From positions 2,339 to 66,338 of the forward strand of contig CAZARM010000003.1 in NCBI GenBank assembly GCA_964487615.1: 64,000 nt of DNA, given 5' to 3'. This stretch comes from an uncultured Candidatus Saccharibacteria bacterium. Its GTDB lineage: Bacteria > Patescibacteriota > Saccharimonadia > Saccharimonadales > CAZARM01. The notes under the pieces are model-generated. The model saw only the letters and a program-made list of their open reading frames with translations. It did not search any database and was not told the origin of the DNA. This document shows, in pieces, positions 23,962-32,965 of the stretch. Position 1 is the first letter of the stretch; every line of letters begins with the position of its first letter. The position numbers and the translations under genes are program-made.

Positions 23962-25605
23962 ATGGCAAAGAAAGTTTTTTATGATGATGACGCTCGCAAG
24001 CGAGTATTGGGCGGAGCTGAAATTTTATACAATGCGGTTAAAACGACTATGGGTCCCAAAGGGCGCAATGTAGTTATTAGTAAATCTTACGGCGCGCCAA
24101 CGGTGACTCACGATGGCGTGACGGTGGCCAAAGGCGTGGACATAGCTGATGTTGATGACGAGACTCTGGGCTACAAAGTAGGTGCCGAACTGATCAAACA
24201 GGCTGCCAACAAAATGAACGATATGGCAGGTGACGGCACCACAACTGTGACGGTGTTGACCTACCACATCCTTAATGAAGCCAACAAACTGATAGCAGCT
24301 GGCCACAACCCAATGCTGCTGCGCAAAGGCTTGGAAGCCGCAGCTCAAGATGTTATTACCAAGCTGGCAACTATGGCTGAAGACGTGCAAGGCAAGAAAA
24401 ATCGTGTAGCCGAAGTTGCCACTATCTCTGCCGGGGACGCCGAAGTGGGCGTACTGATCGCTGAAGTCATCGAAAAAGTCGGCAAAGACGGGGTGGTAAC
24501 TGTTGAAGAAGGCCAGGGCTTGGCCCTGGAATCTGAAGTTGTCGAGGGCTTTACCTTTGACCGTGGCTTTGTCAGCCCCTACATGGTGACTGACACCGAA
24601 CGCATGGAAGCCGTCTACGACAAGCCCGCCATCCTGGTGACTGACAAAAAGATTACCTCTATTCAAGACGTCCTGCCAATCCTAGAGAAGCTGGTCCAAT
24701 CGGGCAAGAAAGACCTGGTGTTGATTGCCGACGATGTTGAAGGCGACGCCATGGCCAACCTGATCTTGAACAAGCTCAAAGGCACCTTTAACGCCGTGGC
24801 CGTCAAAGCTCCGGCTTACGGCGACCGCCGCAAGGAAGTCCTAGAAGATATTGCCACATTGACTGGCGCCACGGTGATTTCTGATGACCAAGGACACAGC
24901 TTTGAGGATGCCGAGCTAGACATGATTGGCGCGGCCCGCAAAGTGATTGTGACCAAAGACGAAACGACAATTATCGAGGGTAACGGCCGCAAAAATGATC
25001 TGAGCGCTCGGATCAAACAAATTAGTGCCCAGATTGCTAGCGCCTCCAGCGAATATGAGCGTGAGCAGTTAGAGAAGCGCCGTGCCGCACTATCTGGCAA
25101 AGTCGCCGTCATCAAGGTCGGTGGGGCCACTGAAACCGAAATTGAGGAAAAGAAATTCCGAGTTGATGACGCTGTTGCGGCCGTCAAAGCTGCCATGAGC
25201 GAGGGTATTGTTCCTGGCGGTGGCGTGACCCTAATTAATCTGACTGCAGCTGTAACCACCGCTGCCGATGACGACGATTCCGTCAAAGCCGGCAAAGACT
25301 TGCTCAAAAAAGCTTTGGAACAACCATTCCGCATTTTGCTGGCTAATGCCGGTCTCAATCCTGAAGAGTGGTTGCCACAGGTGAAATCAGGCAAGAAAGG
25401 CCTAGGGCTAGATGTAAATAATCCAGCAAAATTGGTCGACCTGAAAACCGCCGGTATCGTTGATCCAGCCCGTGTAACCAAAGAAGCCATCCAAAACGCC
25501 GTATCGATTGCTGGAACCAGTATGACTATGGGCGCTCTAGTAGTTGATGTACCAGAAAAAGCCGCTGCCGCTCCAGATATGGGAGGCATGGGCGGGATGA
25601 TGTGA
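23962..25605 (+). CDS. groEL: chaperonin GroEL
   Basis: 547 aa. AKKVFYDDDARKRVLGGAEILYNAVKTTMGPKGRNVV, DGTTT, and a C-terminal GGMGGMM tail. Confidence 0.97.
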   Translation: MAKKVFYDDDARKRVLGGAEILYNAVKTTMGPKGRNVVISKSYGAPTVTHDGVTVAKGVDIADVDDETLGYKVGAELIKQAANKMNDMAGDGTTTVTVLTYHILNEANKLIAAGHNPMLLRKGLEAAAQDVITKLATMAEDVQGKKNRVAEVATISAGDAEVGVLIAEVIEKVGKDGVVTVEEGQGLALESEVVEGFTFDRGFVSPYMVTDTERMEAVYDKPAILVTDKKITSIQDVLPILEKLVQSGKKDLVLIADDVEGDAMANLILNKLKGTFNAVAVKAPAYGDRRKEVLEDIATLTGATVISDDQGHSFEDAELDMIGAARKVIVTKDETTIIEGNGRKNDLSARIKQISAQIASASSEYEREQLEKRRAALSGKVAVIKVGGATETEIEEKKFRVDDAVAAVKAAMSEGIVPGGGVTLINLTAAVTTAADDDDSVKAGKDLLKKALEQPFRILLANAGLNPEEWLPQVKSGKKGLGLDVNNPAKLVDLKTAGIVDPARVTKEAIQNAVSIAGTSMTMGALVVDVPEKAAAAPDMGGMGGMM

Positions 25606-25673
25606 GGCGCCTCGCTTCGCTTGCTTAAGAAAAACCCCGGGCGGGCTTTTCTTCCTTTTCCTGAATTAGGAAA

Positions 25674-25710
25674 CTAAAAACCCGACATAAAGATCGGGTT
25701 TTAGTTAATC
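25674..25710 (+). terminator. intrinsic terminator after groEL
   Basis: CTAAAAACCCGA-CATAAAGA-TCGGGTTTTAG followed by TTAAT. A second, weaker hairpin lies at about 25628-25652. Confidence 0.6.
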
Positions 25711-25796
25711 TATTATCTCGGAAACGTTAGCGGGAAGTGGAATATTGCATAAATTGCTAGTTTGTAGTATGGTAGTAACAGAAACAGGAGACTACC

Positions 25797-26324
25797 ATGG
25801 CAGTGTGGCCATTTAATCGTAAGAAGACCGAAGATTCAACGTTACCCGAGGAAGTACAGAATTATTACCAAGCTGAAAAGCGCGAGCGTGCTGGCGTAGC
25901 CGGCTTGCTGGCCGTAGGCACTCTGTTGGTTACTGTTTTAATAGCCGTTGGACTATTCTTTGGTGGTCGCTGGATATACCGCACTGTAGTTGATAACAAC
26001 GACGACAAAAACACTAACACGACTGCAGAAAATAATGGTGAACAACAGCCCGTTAGCCCCACAACTGACAATCAAGACAAGAAAGCTGATACTCCAGCCC
26101 CAACTACACCATCGGCTAACCCAACTCCAAATCCAACTCCAGCCACGACGCCCCAACCTACTACGCCTACGGCTGCCGCCCAAACACCAACAACCACCCC
26201 CAAAACTGGTTCAGATGATCTACCAAACACTGGCCCAGGCAATATCACAGCCATTTTGATTGGCACCGTAGTTTTAGCTTCCGCGCTCCACTACGTTACT
26301 CTCGGCCGTCGTCAGACTAGTTAA
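25797..26324 (+). CDS. LPXTG-motif cell-wall-anchored Pro/Thr-rich surface protein
   Basis: N-terminal anchor helix, a long PT-rich spacer, then LPNTG, a hydrophobic stretch and RRQTS at the C-terminus (a sortase sorting signal). Confidence 0.75.
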   Translation: MAVWPFNRKKTEDSTLPEEVQNYYQAEKRERAGVAGLLAVGTLLVTVLIAVGLFFGGRWIYRTVVDNNDDKNTNTTAENNGEQQPVSPTTDNQDKKADTPAPTTPSANPTPNPTPATTPQPTTPTAAAQTPTTTPKTGSDDLPNTGPGNITAILIGTVVLASALHYVTLGRRQTS

Positions 26325-26358
26325 GCCATGAAGACAGGTCGGTGACCTGCCACCTTCT

Positions 26359-26898
26359 TTAAGCTGTTGCTTGTTGGGTGAAGTAGTTGATTTCGTTAAT
26401 GATGTCTAGCAAGGCTTGGGCGCGGACCTTGTCGTCTTTGATCGCTTTGGCAGCTTCGTAAGCTGTCTTTACTAGTGACTGGTCATCAGAAGCTTGGATC
26501 ATCATCATAGTGGTCTTGAATTTTTCCTCGGGCGTTTGATCTAAGTGATCAACTAGTGGTGAGAGTTCGTGCAGAGCATCTAGTTTTATGTGGACTAGAT
26601 CGTCCTTGGCGTTGGCCGTGTCAGAGTTGGACAGTATGTCATCATCGCTGCTGTCGTCACCTGCTGGAGGTGCGCTGGGGGCTGGGGAATCGTCATCGTG
26701 TGCTGGTGCCGTGGTAGCGAGGCTAGGAGAGTCTAGAGAAACCGCTGAGCTGTCGAAGGCTGGTGCGCTTGAAGCTGGCAAAGCATCATCATGGGTCTCC
26801 GCATCAGGTGTCACTAACTCATCTGGCGCCGGACTGATTACTGGCGTTGCACTGCTTTGATCATTACTTTGTTGGTTGTCGTCATCATGGCCAAACAT
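26359..26898 (-). CDS. hypothetical acidic protein (disordered N-terminal half, helical C-terminus)
   Basis: 179-aa ORF with GGGGG upstream of the ATG. The antisense + ORF was rejected. Confidence 0.55.
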   Translation of the reverse strand: MFGHDDDNQQSNDQSSATPVISPAPDELVTPDAETHDDALPASSAPAFDSSAVSLDSPSLATTAPAHDDDSPAPSAPPAGDDSSDDDILSNSDTANAKDDLVHIKLDALHELSPLVDHLDQTPEEKFKTTMMMIQASDDQSLVKTAYEAAKAIKDDKVRAQALLDIINEINYFTQQATA

Positions 26899-27025
26899 CT
26901 ATCCACCCCCTAGTGTCCGTGAATACCCACGGATGTTTTTCAATTTACTGTTTCCAATCTACAATGGGTATAGTAACAAATTGAACTTATAAGCAAAAGA
27001 GTTTTCAGACAGGAGCGTAAGAACT

Positions 27026-28057
27026 GTGTTAGATGATTTGAAATATATTCACCAGCGAGATGCCCAAGACGCGTTGGGGATAGCCGAAAAGCAATGGCAG
27101 CAGTTGCAGCATAGTTTCAGTCTGGAGTTTCAACCGAAAAGTATTACCAATATCGTTTTTGCTGGTATGGGCGGATCGGCGTTAGCGGCGGCCGTCAGTC
27201 TCAGTTGGCCAGGCTATAAGCTGCCATTTGAAATCTGCCGCAACTACGACATTCCTAAACATGTTGGCCCGGAGACATTGTTTATTGCCTCGAGTTACTC
27301 TGGTAACACCGAAGAAACACTCAGTGCGCTGGCCCAAGCCGAAGAAAAGAAGGCTCAGATTGTCATCATTGCGTCAGGTGGCAAATTGCAGACGATTGCC
27401 CAGGAGAAGGGATATCCTTTTGAGTTGCTGCCCCCTGTTGGGCAGCCGCGCTTCGGAGTTTTCTATAGTCTGAAGGCATTCGTGACTATCCTAGAAAAAG
27501 CTGGGCTGGTGGCCACAAACGACGCCGAAAAAGAATTACACGAGGCCGCCGACTTCTTAGAGCAAGCAATAAAAAGCTGGCTACCCACAGTAGCCGCTTC
27601 CAAGAACCCCGCCAAACAACTTGCCCAAGAAGTCATGGGGCAATCAGCCGTCATCTATGCTGGCCCATTGTTGTACCCCGCAGCCTACAAGTGGAAAATT
27701 AGCTTCAATGAAAATGCCAAAAACGTGGCCTGGAGCGGGGCCTTTCCAGAGTTCAACCATAACGAATTCCTAGGCTGGACCAGCCACCCCGTGGACAAAC
27801 CTTACAAAATCATTGAACTCAGGAGCAACCTAGAACACAAACGGGTCCAAAAGCGCTTTGAAGTCAGCGAGCGGCTACTATCTGGCAAACGGCCGGCACC
27901 AGAAATAGTCAACGTACAGGGAGAAACCATCCTCCAGCAACTGTTATGGGCGATTACGTTTGGTGATTTTGTGACACTGTATACCGCACTGCTGAACAAC
28001 CAAGACCCCAGCAATATTGACTTGCTGGAGAAGTTTAAGAAAGTTATGGTGGAATAG
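27026..28057 (+). CDS. bifunctional phosphoglucose/phosphomannose isomerase (SIS domain)
   Basis: GMGGSALAA and SYSGNTEET SIS motifs. 343 aa, GTG start. Confidence 0.75.
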   Translation: MLDDLKYIHQRDAQDALGIAEKQWQQLQHSFSLEFQPKSITNIVFAGMGGSALAAAVSLSWPGYKLPFEICRNYDIPKHVGPETLFIASSYSGNTEETLSALAQAEEKKAQIVIIASGGKLQTIAQEKGYPFELLPPVGQPRFGVFYSLKAFVTILEKAGLVATNDAEKELHEAADFLEQAIKSWLPTVAASKNPAKQLAQEVMGQSAVIYAGPLLYPAAYKWKISFNENAKNVAWSGAFPEFNHNEFLGWTSHPVDKPYKIIELRSNLEHKRVQKRFEVSERLLSGKRPAPEIVNVQGETILQQLLWAITFGDFVTLYTALLNNQDPSNIDLLEKFKKVMVE

Positions 28058-28067
28058 AGGAGTAACC

Positions 28068-28661
28068 ATGGATTCCAAACAACTTTTTGCCCGATCGGTG
28101 GAAGAAGCGGCTGGTTGCGTGCTGCACGTCAAAGCCGATCAATTGACGAATGCCACGCCTTGTAGCGAGTGGGATCTGCGCGCGCTGCTGAACCACATGG
28201 TCTACGAGTTATTATGGGTACCAGATCTGTTGTCCGGCAAAACAGTTCATGAGGTGGGCGACAAATATGATGGCGACGTACTCAAAGGCGACCACGTGCG
28301 AGCCTGGGAACAAGCCGTCGACGGGGCTTCGGCCGCCATTCATGCCGCCGACCTGGAAGCCACCGTGCATTTGTCTTACGGTGATGTTAAGGCCAAAAAC
28401 TACATTGCCGAAATGGCCCAGGACATGATGATCCATGGTTGGGATGTCGGCCAAAGTGTGAACTGCAGCTTAGTTATGGACAAGGCTGCCGCCCAAACCA
28501 TGTATGAGCATACTCTGCCCAGAAAAGAAGAAATGAGGACCAGCGGCCTGTTTGGTACACCCCTTGATGTAGCCCAGGATGCCGATATTCAGACAAAACT
28601 ACTAGCACTAATGGGCAGAAGTGCTGATTGGCAAAAGACTCATGAAGACCAAAACCGTTGA
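28068..28661 (+). CDS. DinB/MDMPI-like (TIGR03086-type) metal-binding protein
   Basis: TPCSEWDLRALLNHMV ... MIHGWDVGQS ... LLALMGR pattern, typical of the actinobacterial mycothiol-dependent maleylpyruvate-isomerase-like family. AGAGGAG SD precedes ATG 28068; the track start at 28017 overlaps the upstream gene. Confidence 0.65.
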   Translation: MDSKQLFARSVEEAAGCVLHVKADQLTNATPCSEWDLRALLNHMVYELLWVPDLLSGKTVHEVGDKYDGDVLKGDHVRAWEQAVDGASAAIHAADLEATVHLSYGDVKAKNYIAEMAQDMMIHGWDVGQSVNCSLVMDKAAAQTMYEHTLPRKEEMRTSGLFGTPLDVAQDADIQTKLLALMGRSADWQKTHEDQNR

Positions 28662-29376
28662 TGATATCAAAGATTTAGGCACAATTCTATCGGTTTGGGC
28701 CCACCCTGATGACGAATCTTTTGCCTGCGGCGGGCTGATGAGTCAGGCGGTAGCCAATGGTCAAACCGTCGTTTGCCTGACGGCTACCAAAGGCGAAAAG
28801 GGGATTCAAGATGAATCGCGCTGGCCCAGCGAGCGTTTAGGTCAAATCCGGGCCGAAGAGCTAGATGAAGCACTTAGTATTCTGGGTATCACTGAGCATT
28901 ATTGGCTAGATTACCCAGATGGTGGCTGCAAACTAGTCAACTCCGAGGAGGCGATTATGCGCATTGCTCAACACATCCGGCACTATCAGCCGGACACTAT
29001 ACTTACATTTGGTCCAGAGGGGATGACCGGACACCCCGATCACTGCTGCGTATCAACTTGGGTGGACGCGGCTGCTAACCAAGCTGACTCAAAGGCCAAT
29101 GTCTACCATGCCGTTGAGCTGCGCGAGAATTACGAAGCTATGAAAGCGGCCGATGAAAAGTACAACTTCTTTTATAATATCGACCAGCCGCCGCTTAAAA
29201 ACGAGGGTGAATGTGATATTTTGATCAAACTTCCCGACGAATTGCTGATAAAAAAGTATCAGGCATTAGCATCTATGCCTTCGCAGTACGAAGCTATGTT
29301 AAGAGATTTTGGGCAGGATGTGATCTGCTCCATGATCTGTAACGAAGCTTTCACAAAGAGTAAGGGGACTGATTGA
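28642..29376 (+). CDS. PIG-L/LmbE-family N-acetylglucosaminyl deacetylase
   Basis: VWAHPDDESF and GHPDH zinc-ligand motifs. Confidence 0.8.
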   Translation: MKTKTVDDIKDLGTILSVWAHPDDESFACGGLMSQAVANGQTVVCLTATKGEKGIQDESRWPSERLGQIRAEELDEALSILGITEHYWLDYPDGGCKLVNSEEAIMRIAQHIRHYQPDTILTFGPEGMTGHPDHCCVSTWVDAAANQADSKANVYHAVELRENYEAMKAADEKYNFFYNIDQPPLKNEGECDILIKLPDELLIKKYQALASMPSQYEAMLRDFGQDVICSMICNEAFTKSKGTD

Positions 29377-30146
29377 ACAACCAAGAATGGGCGCTGGTTA
29401 CCGGCGCCAGCAGTGGTATTGGCAAAGCCTTTGCCGAACTGTTTGCCCTAAACGGCATCAATGTAGTTTTGGCGGCTCGCGATAAGCCGGCATTGGCACT
29501 CCTAGCCACCCATCTAGAGAAAAACTACGGGATCAAAACTCTGTTGTTCGCGGGGGACTTATCAAAAGAGCTCGAGCTTCAAAAACTAGTGGCCGCTATT
29601 GACCGAGCTAAGTTACGGGTGACCTATCTAATCAACAGCGCGGGTTTTGGCCTGTATGGACCGTTGCTGACGACCGATTGGGAGCGTGAGCGGGATATGA
29701 TTAGGCTCAATGACATTGCGCTGACCTACTTGAGCAAACACTTCGCGCACCAAATGAAGCAAGAAGGGCGAGGGTACATTGTTAATCTGGCTAGCGTGGC
29801 GGCTTTCTTCCCGGGGCCTAACATGGCTGTGTACTACGCTTCCAAAGCCTACGTACTTCATTTGAGCGAAGCACTGGCGCAGGAACTAAGCGGCACTGGC
29901 GTATCCGTGACTGCCTTATGCCCAGGCCCCACAGCTAGCGGTTTTGCCCACACCGCCAAAGCCGACAAAACCAGTATTTTTCGCGGCCGGTTGCCGCTAG
30001 CTGACGATGTAGCTAGGTTTGGCTACAAATCGATGCTATCCGGCAAGCGAGTAGCCATTCATGGTTGGCGCAATAAGCTCACTGTCTTTGTTGTGCATTT
30101 TGTGCCACGCCGACTGGTAGTCCACATGGTCGCACACCTCCGCTAG
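29373..30146 (+). CDS. SDR-family oxidoreductase
   Basis: TGASSGIG cofactor motif, NSAG, and catalytic YYASKAY. Confidence 0.85.
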   Translation: MNNQEWALVTGASSGIGKAFAELFALNGINVVLAARDKPALALLATHLEKNYGIKTLLFAGDLSKELELQKLVAAIDRAKLRVTYLINSAGFGLYGPLLTTDWERERDMIRLNDIALTYLSKHFAHQMKQEGRGYIVNLASVAAFFPGPNMAVYYASKAYVLHLSEALAQELSGTGVSVTALCPGPTASGFAHTAKADKTSIFRGRLPLADDVARFGYKSMLSGKRVAIHGWRNKLTVFVVHFVPRRLVVHMVAHLR

Positions 30147-30664
30147 ATGGGACGATCTTTGAGTTTAAGTAGGTATGCCATGTAAGCAACAACTAAATGG
30201 AGGCCAAAATAACTGACCAAGATTGTTGCCATTTCACTCAGACTAAATAGTCGTAATGGGGCAACGGCAATCAGGGCACCAATGATATAGTCAATCTGGT
30301 CAAAAGGGAACCAGCTGTGGCCAGCGGGTACGCCTAACTGGCGTTTCAAGAAACTCTCCACGGCGTCGCCATAAAGAGCTCCAAAACCCATGATTGCGCC
30401 AATGAAGAACCAGATAGCCAGCGGCTCGCTCCGATGAGTCAGTGCTGCCTGCAAGCTGCCAGTGACACCAGCTGCGAACACTCCTAGTACCACACCGCGC
30501 CAAGTTTTATTGTTGCCGGTAATACGTTTGCCACGGTAGGAGCCACCGAAGTCCATCGGCGTCTTCCAGCGATTGAGCAGGGGGACACGATTGGCCAGCA
30601 CCGGTACGGCATTGGCGACGCCGGCTGGCAAAAACAACCAAAGAGCCTCCAAAACACCAATCAC
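30143..30664 (-). CDS. carS: CDP-archaeol synthase-like (CarS/DUF46 family) CTP:lipid cytidylyltransferase
   Basis: 173 aa, 5 predicted helices. GKRITGNNKTWRG and FLKRQLGVPAGHSWFPFDQIDYIIG match my recollection of the CarS family signature. Confidence 0.65.
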   Translation of the reverse strand: MIGVLEALWLFLPAGVANAVPVLANRVPLLNRWKTPMDFGGSYRGKRITGNNKTWRGVVLGVFAAGVTGSLQAALTHRSEPLAIWFFIGAIMGFGALYGDAVESFLKRQLGVPAGHSWFPFDQIDYIIGALIAVAPLRLFSLSEMATILVSYFGLHLVVAYMAYLLKLKDRPI

Positions 30665-31320
30665 GAGAGTTTCCGGGTAATTTTAATCAATCGTTCAAAC
30701 ACCGTTAGCCAGGACAAGGCAGCAATAAAGATTACCGCAGTCATCAGGCCAGGAATGCCTAACAAGAGTCCCAAGATCAGCGCAAACATCCGCAGCTCAT
30801 AGCGCATAAATCCATCTTGGAATAGGCGGTTTACTTCGGTGGTACTTAGGCCTTTGCCAGCTATGACGGTTTCGCCCTTGGCTTTTGTATAACTTACTAA
30901 CAGGGACCCGCCAATCGCACCTACTATAACGGCAAAAAACCAGCTTCCTATTTCAGCGCTGTACGACCCGTAATAATAGGTGAAGATATAGCCAATCCCC
31001 ATGTACAGAAGGACTTCTTTGATCCGGTCGGTGACAGCGTCTAGCAGCATTCCGGCGCTACTGGCCTTGCCCTGCAACCGCGCTAGCGCACCGTCCAGAC
31101 TGTCAAATAGCCCAAACACCACTAGCCCAATTGCGGCGTAACCAAAATAACCTTTGGCGATCAAGACGGCGATGGGCATATGCATAATCAGCCCTGTAAT
31201 GGTAACGGCGTTTGGAGTAATCTTACCACCACTTACCGCGTTTAGCAGTTTAGCTATGTGGTTCATAAGGCCACGTACCATATCGCGGACAGCATCCAGC
31301 AGAGAATTAACGGATTTCAT
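30661..31320 (-). CDS. CDP-alcohol phosphatidyltransferase family protein
   Basis: DSLDGALARLQGKASSAGMLLDAVTDRIKE matches D-G-x2-A-R-x8-G-x3-D-x3-D. 4-nt overlap with carS. Confidence 0.85.
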   Translation of the reverse strand: MKSVNSLLDAVRDMVRGLMNHIAKLLNAVSGGKITPNAVTITGLIMHMPIAVLIAKGYFGYAAIGLVVFGLFDSLDGALARLQGKASSAGMLLDAVTDRIKEVLLYMGIGYIFTYYYGSYSAEIGSWFFAVIVGAIGGSLLVSYTKAKGETVIAGKGLSTTEVNRLFQDGFMRYELRMFALILGLLLGIPGLMTAVIFIAALSWLTVFERLIKITRKLS

Positions 31321-31355
31321 TAGTGCTTATTATACTGAAAACTATGGAACAGCAG

Positions 31356-31907
31356 TTACTTTTTGAGGCGGAGCTGCCATTCTTTGAGGCTGGCGCCAAG
31401 TTTCAGGAGGACATCATCAAAGTGAGCTTTTGGCCGGCCGTGGTCATCCATGCCACCGCCCCACAAGGGGATGTGCACATTACTGCGCACCGGGATAGCG
31501 TCAACATTCAGTAGGTTTAGCTTGAGTTGTTGCACAGCCCGTGTACCCGCCGCCGCACCACCATAACTGACGAAGCCAACTGGCTTGAAGCGCCATTCCT
31601 CGAATACCCAATCGATAGCATTTTTTAGTACCGCCGTTGGGCCGTGGTTATATTCGGGGGTGATAAACAAGTAAGCCTCAGCCTCAGCGACGCGCTTGGC
31701 CCAGGCGGCTCCTTTTGAATTTTTGTATGTGAAGTTAGGGGCGCTCGGCGCCCCGGGTTCGTCATAAAACGGCAAGTCAACCTGGCGGAGGTCAACAACT
31801 TCCAGCTCTAGCTCGGTATCTTGTTTCAAAATGTCTAGAGCCCAGGTCACAACTTTGTCGGCTACCCGGCCTTCGCGGACACTGCCGTTAATAATCATTA
31901 ATTTCAT
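31356..31907 (-). CDS. NAD(P)H-dependent FMN reductase family protein
   Basis: MKLMIINGSVREGR start and ITPEYNHGP motif. Confidence 0.75.
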   Translation of the reverse strand: MKLMIINGSVREGRVADKVVTWALDILKQDTELELEVVDLRQVDLPFYDEPGAPSAPNFTYKNSKGAAWAKRVAEAEAYLFITPEYNHGPTAVLKNAIDWVFEEWRFKPVGFVSYGGAAAGTRAVQQLKLNLLNVDAIPVRSNVHIPLWGGGMDDHGRPKAHFDDVLLKLGASLKEWQLRLKK

Positions 31908-31924
31908 AACACTCCTTGGGGTTT

Positions 31925-32197
31925 TTATAGTTTTTTAGGGTCGAATCCGTGCTGTGCAAGCAGCGATTTGTTGAGCTGATAGATCTTTTCCTTGCCGACT
32001 TTATGTTCCAATACCACGCCTGCCTCAACCAGCTTGCCGATGTGATGACTGACGGTTGGTTGACTCAGCAGAGACTGCTCAAGGACTTTTTTACATGGGG
32101 TAAATTTGCTATCACAGACTAGTTGCCGAATAATCTCCAGCCTAGTAGGGTCTGCCAGCGCTTTTAAAATCGTGATCGTTTGCTCGTCGTGACTCAT
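31925..32197 (-). CDS. ArsR/SmtB-family transcriptional regulator
   Basis: ILKALADPTRLEIIRQL ... VSHHIGKLVEAGVV winged helix. I prefer the start at Met25 (32197) of the track ORF. Confidence 0.8.
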   Translation of the reverse strand: MSHDEQTITILKALADPTRLEIIRQLVCDSKFTPCKKVLEQSLLSQPTVSHHIGKLVEAGVVLEHKVGKEKIYQLNKSLLAQHGFDPKKL

Positions 32198-32269
32198 CGT
32201 AAACACATTATACATTGATACATTTAAATATGTCAATATGTATATTAGCCTCTGGTATACTGATAGCAA

Positions 32270-32950
32270 ATGCGTGCCGCAACAGTTCTAACAGGCAAAT
32301 ACGGACGGCTGATCAAGGCCCTGGCAGTTTCCAACGCCGTGAGCTTGGCGCTGTTTGGTCTGAGGGTGCTTGGAGCAGAGAACTTCCGGTTCTGGTTTCT
32401 GTTTTGGAATTTGGCACTAGCCTGGATACCTCTGCTACTAGCCACAATGCTTAGCAGAAGCCTAAAGAAACAGCGCTGGTTGTCATGGAAAAACATCGGT
32501 TTAAGCCTGCTATGGTTGGGGTTTTTGCCCAATAGTTTTTACATTCTGAGTGACCTGATTCATGTCCGACCAACAGGGGAAATTAACATTCTGTTTGACG
32601 TGGTGCTGTTTACGTCGATTATATTCAACGCCTATATTTTTGGATTTATGAGTTTGTACATGGTACACCATGAGCTGTTAAAGCGCCTGCGTGCCCAAAC
32701 GGCGCACCTATTGGTTGGAGTAGTGCTACTCATTTGCAGCTTTGCCATTTACTTGGGACGATTTTTGCGCTGGAACACCTGGGACATCATTGCTCATCCG
32801 ATTGGGCTGTTGTTTGACGTGTCGGATCGCATCATCAACCCAGTAGCTCACCCCCAAGCGTTTTCGACAACCGTTATATTTATGCTGCTACTAAGTAGCA
32901 TGTACTATGTGATATTTGAACTGGTGCGTTTGCTGCGTAGTCAGGCTTAA
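32270..32950 (+). CDS. DUF1361-like integral membrane protein
   Basis: WNLALAWIPLLLA and GFLPNSFYILSDLIHV motifs; multi-pass. Confidence 0.55.
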   Translation: MRAATVLTGKYGRLIKALAVSNAVSLALFGLRVLGAENFRFWFLFWNLALAWIPLLLATMLSRSLKKQRWLSWKNIGLSLLWLGFLPNSFYILSDLIHVRPTGEINILFDVVLFTSIIFNAYIFGFMSLYMVHHELLKRLRAQTAHLLVGVVLLICSFAIYLGRFLRWNTWDIIAHPIGLLFDVSDRIINPVAHPQAFSTTVIFMLLLSSMYYVIFELVRLLRSQA

Positions 32951-32965
32951 CGATCTCTTATATAC

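Noticed and set aside
24025-25589. Long antisense ORFs inside groEL (24025..24666 -, 24816..25589 -). There are similar antisense or shadow ORFs inside valS, polA, dnaG, gdh, argS, the PEP-utilising genes and the pilin genes.
   Set aside because: They lie opposite strongly recognisable conserved genes. Their compositions are low-complexity or Ser/Arg/Cys-rich, and no independent start signals are present.
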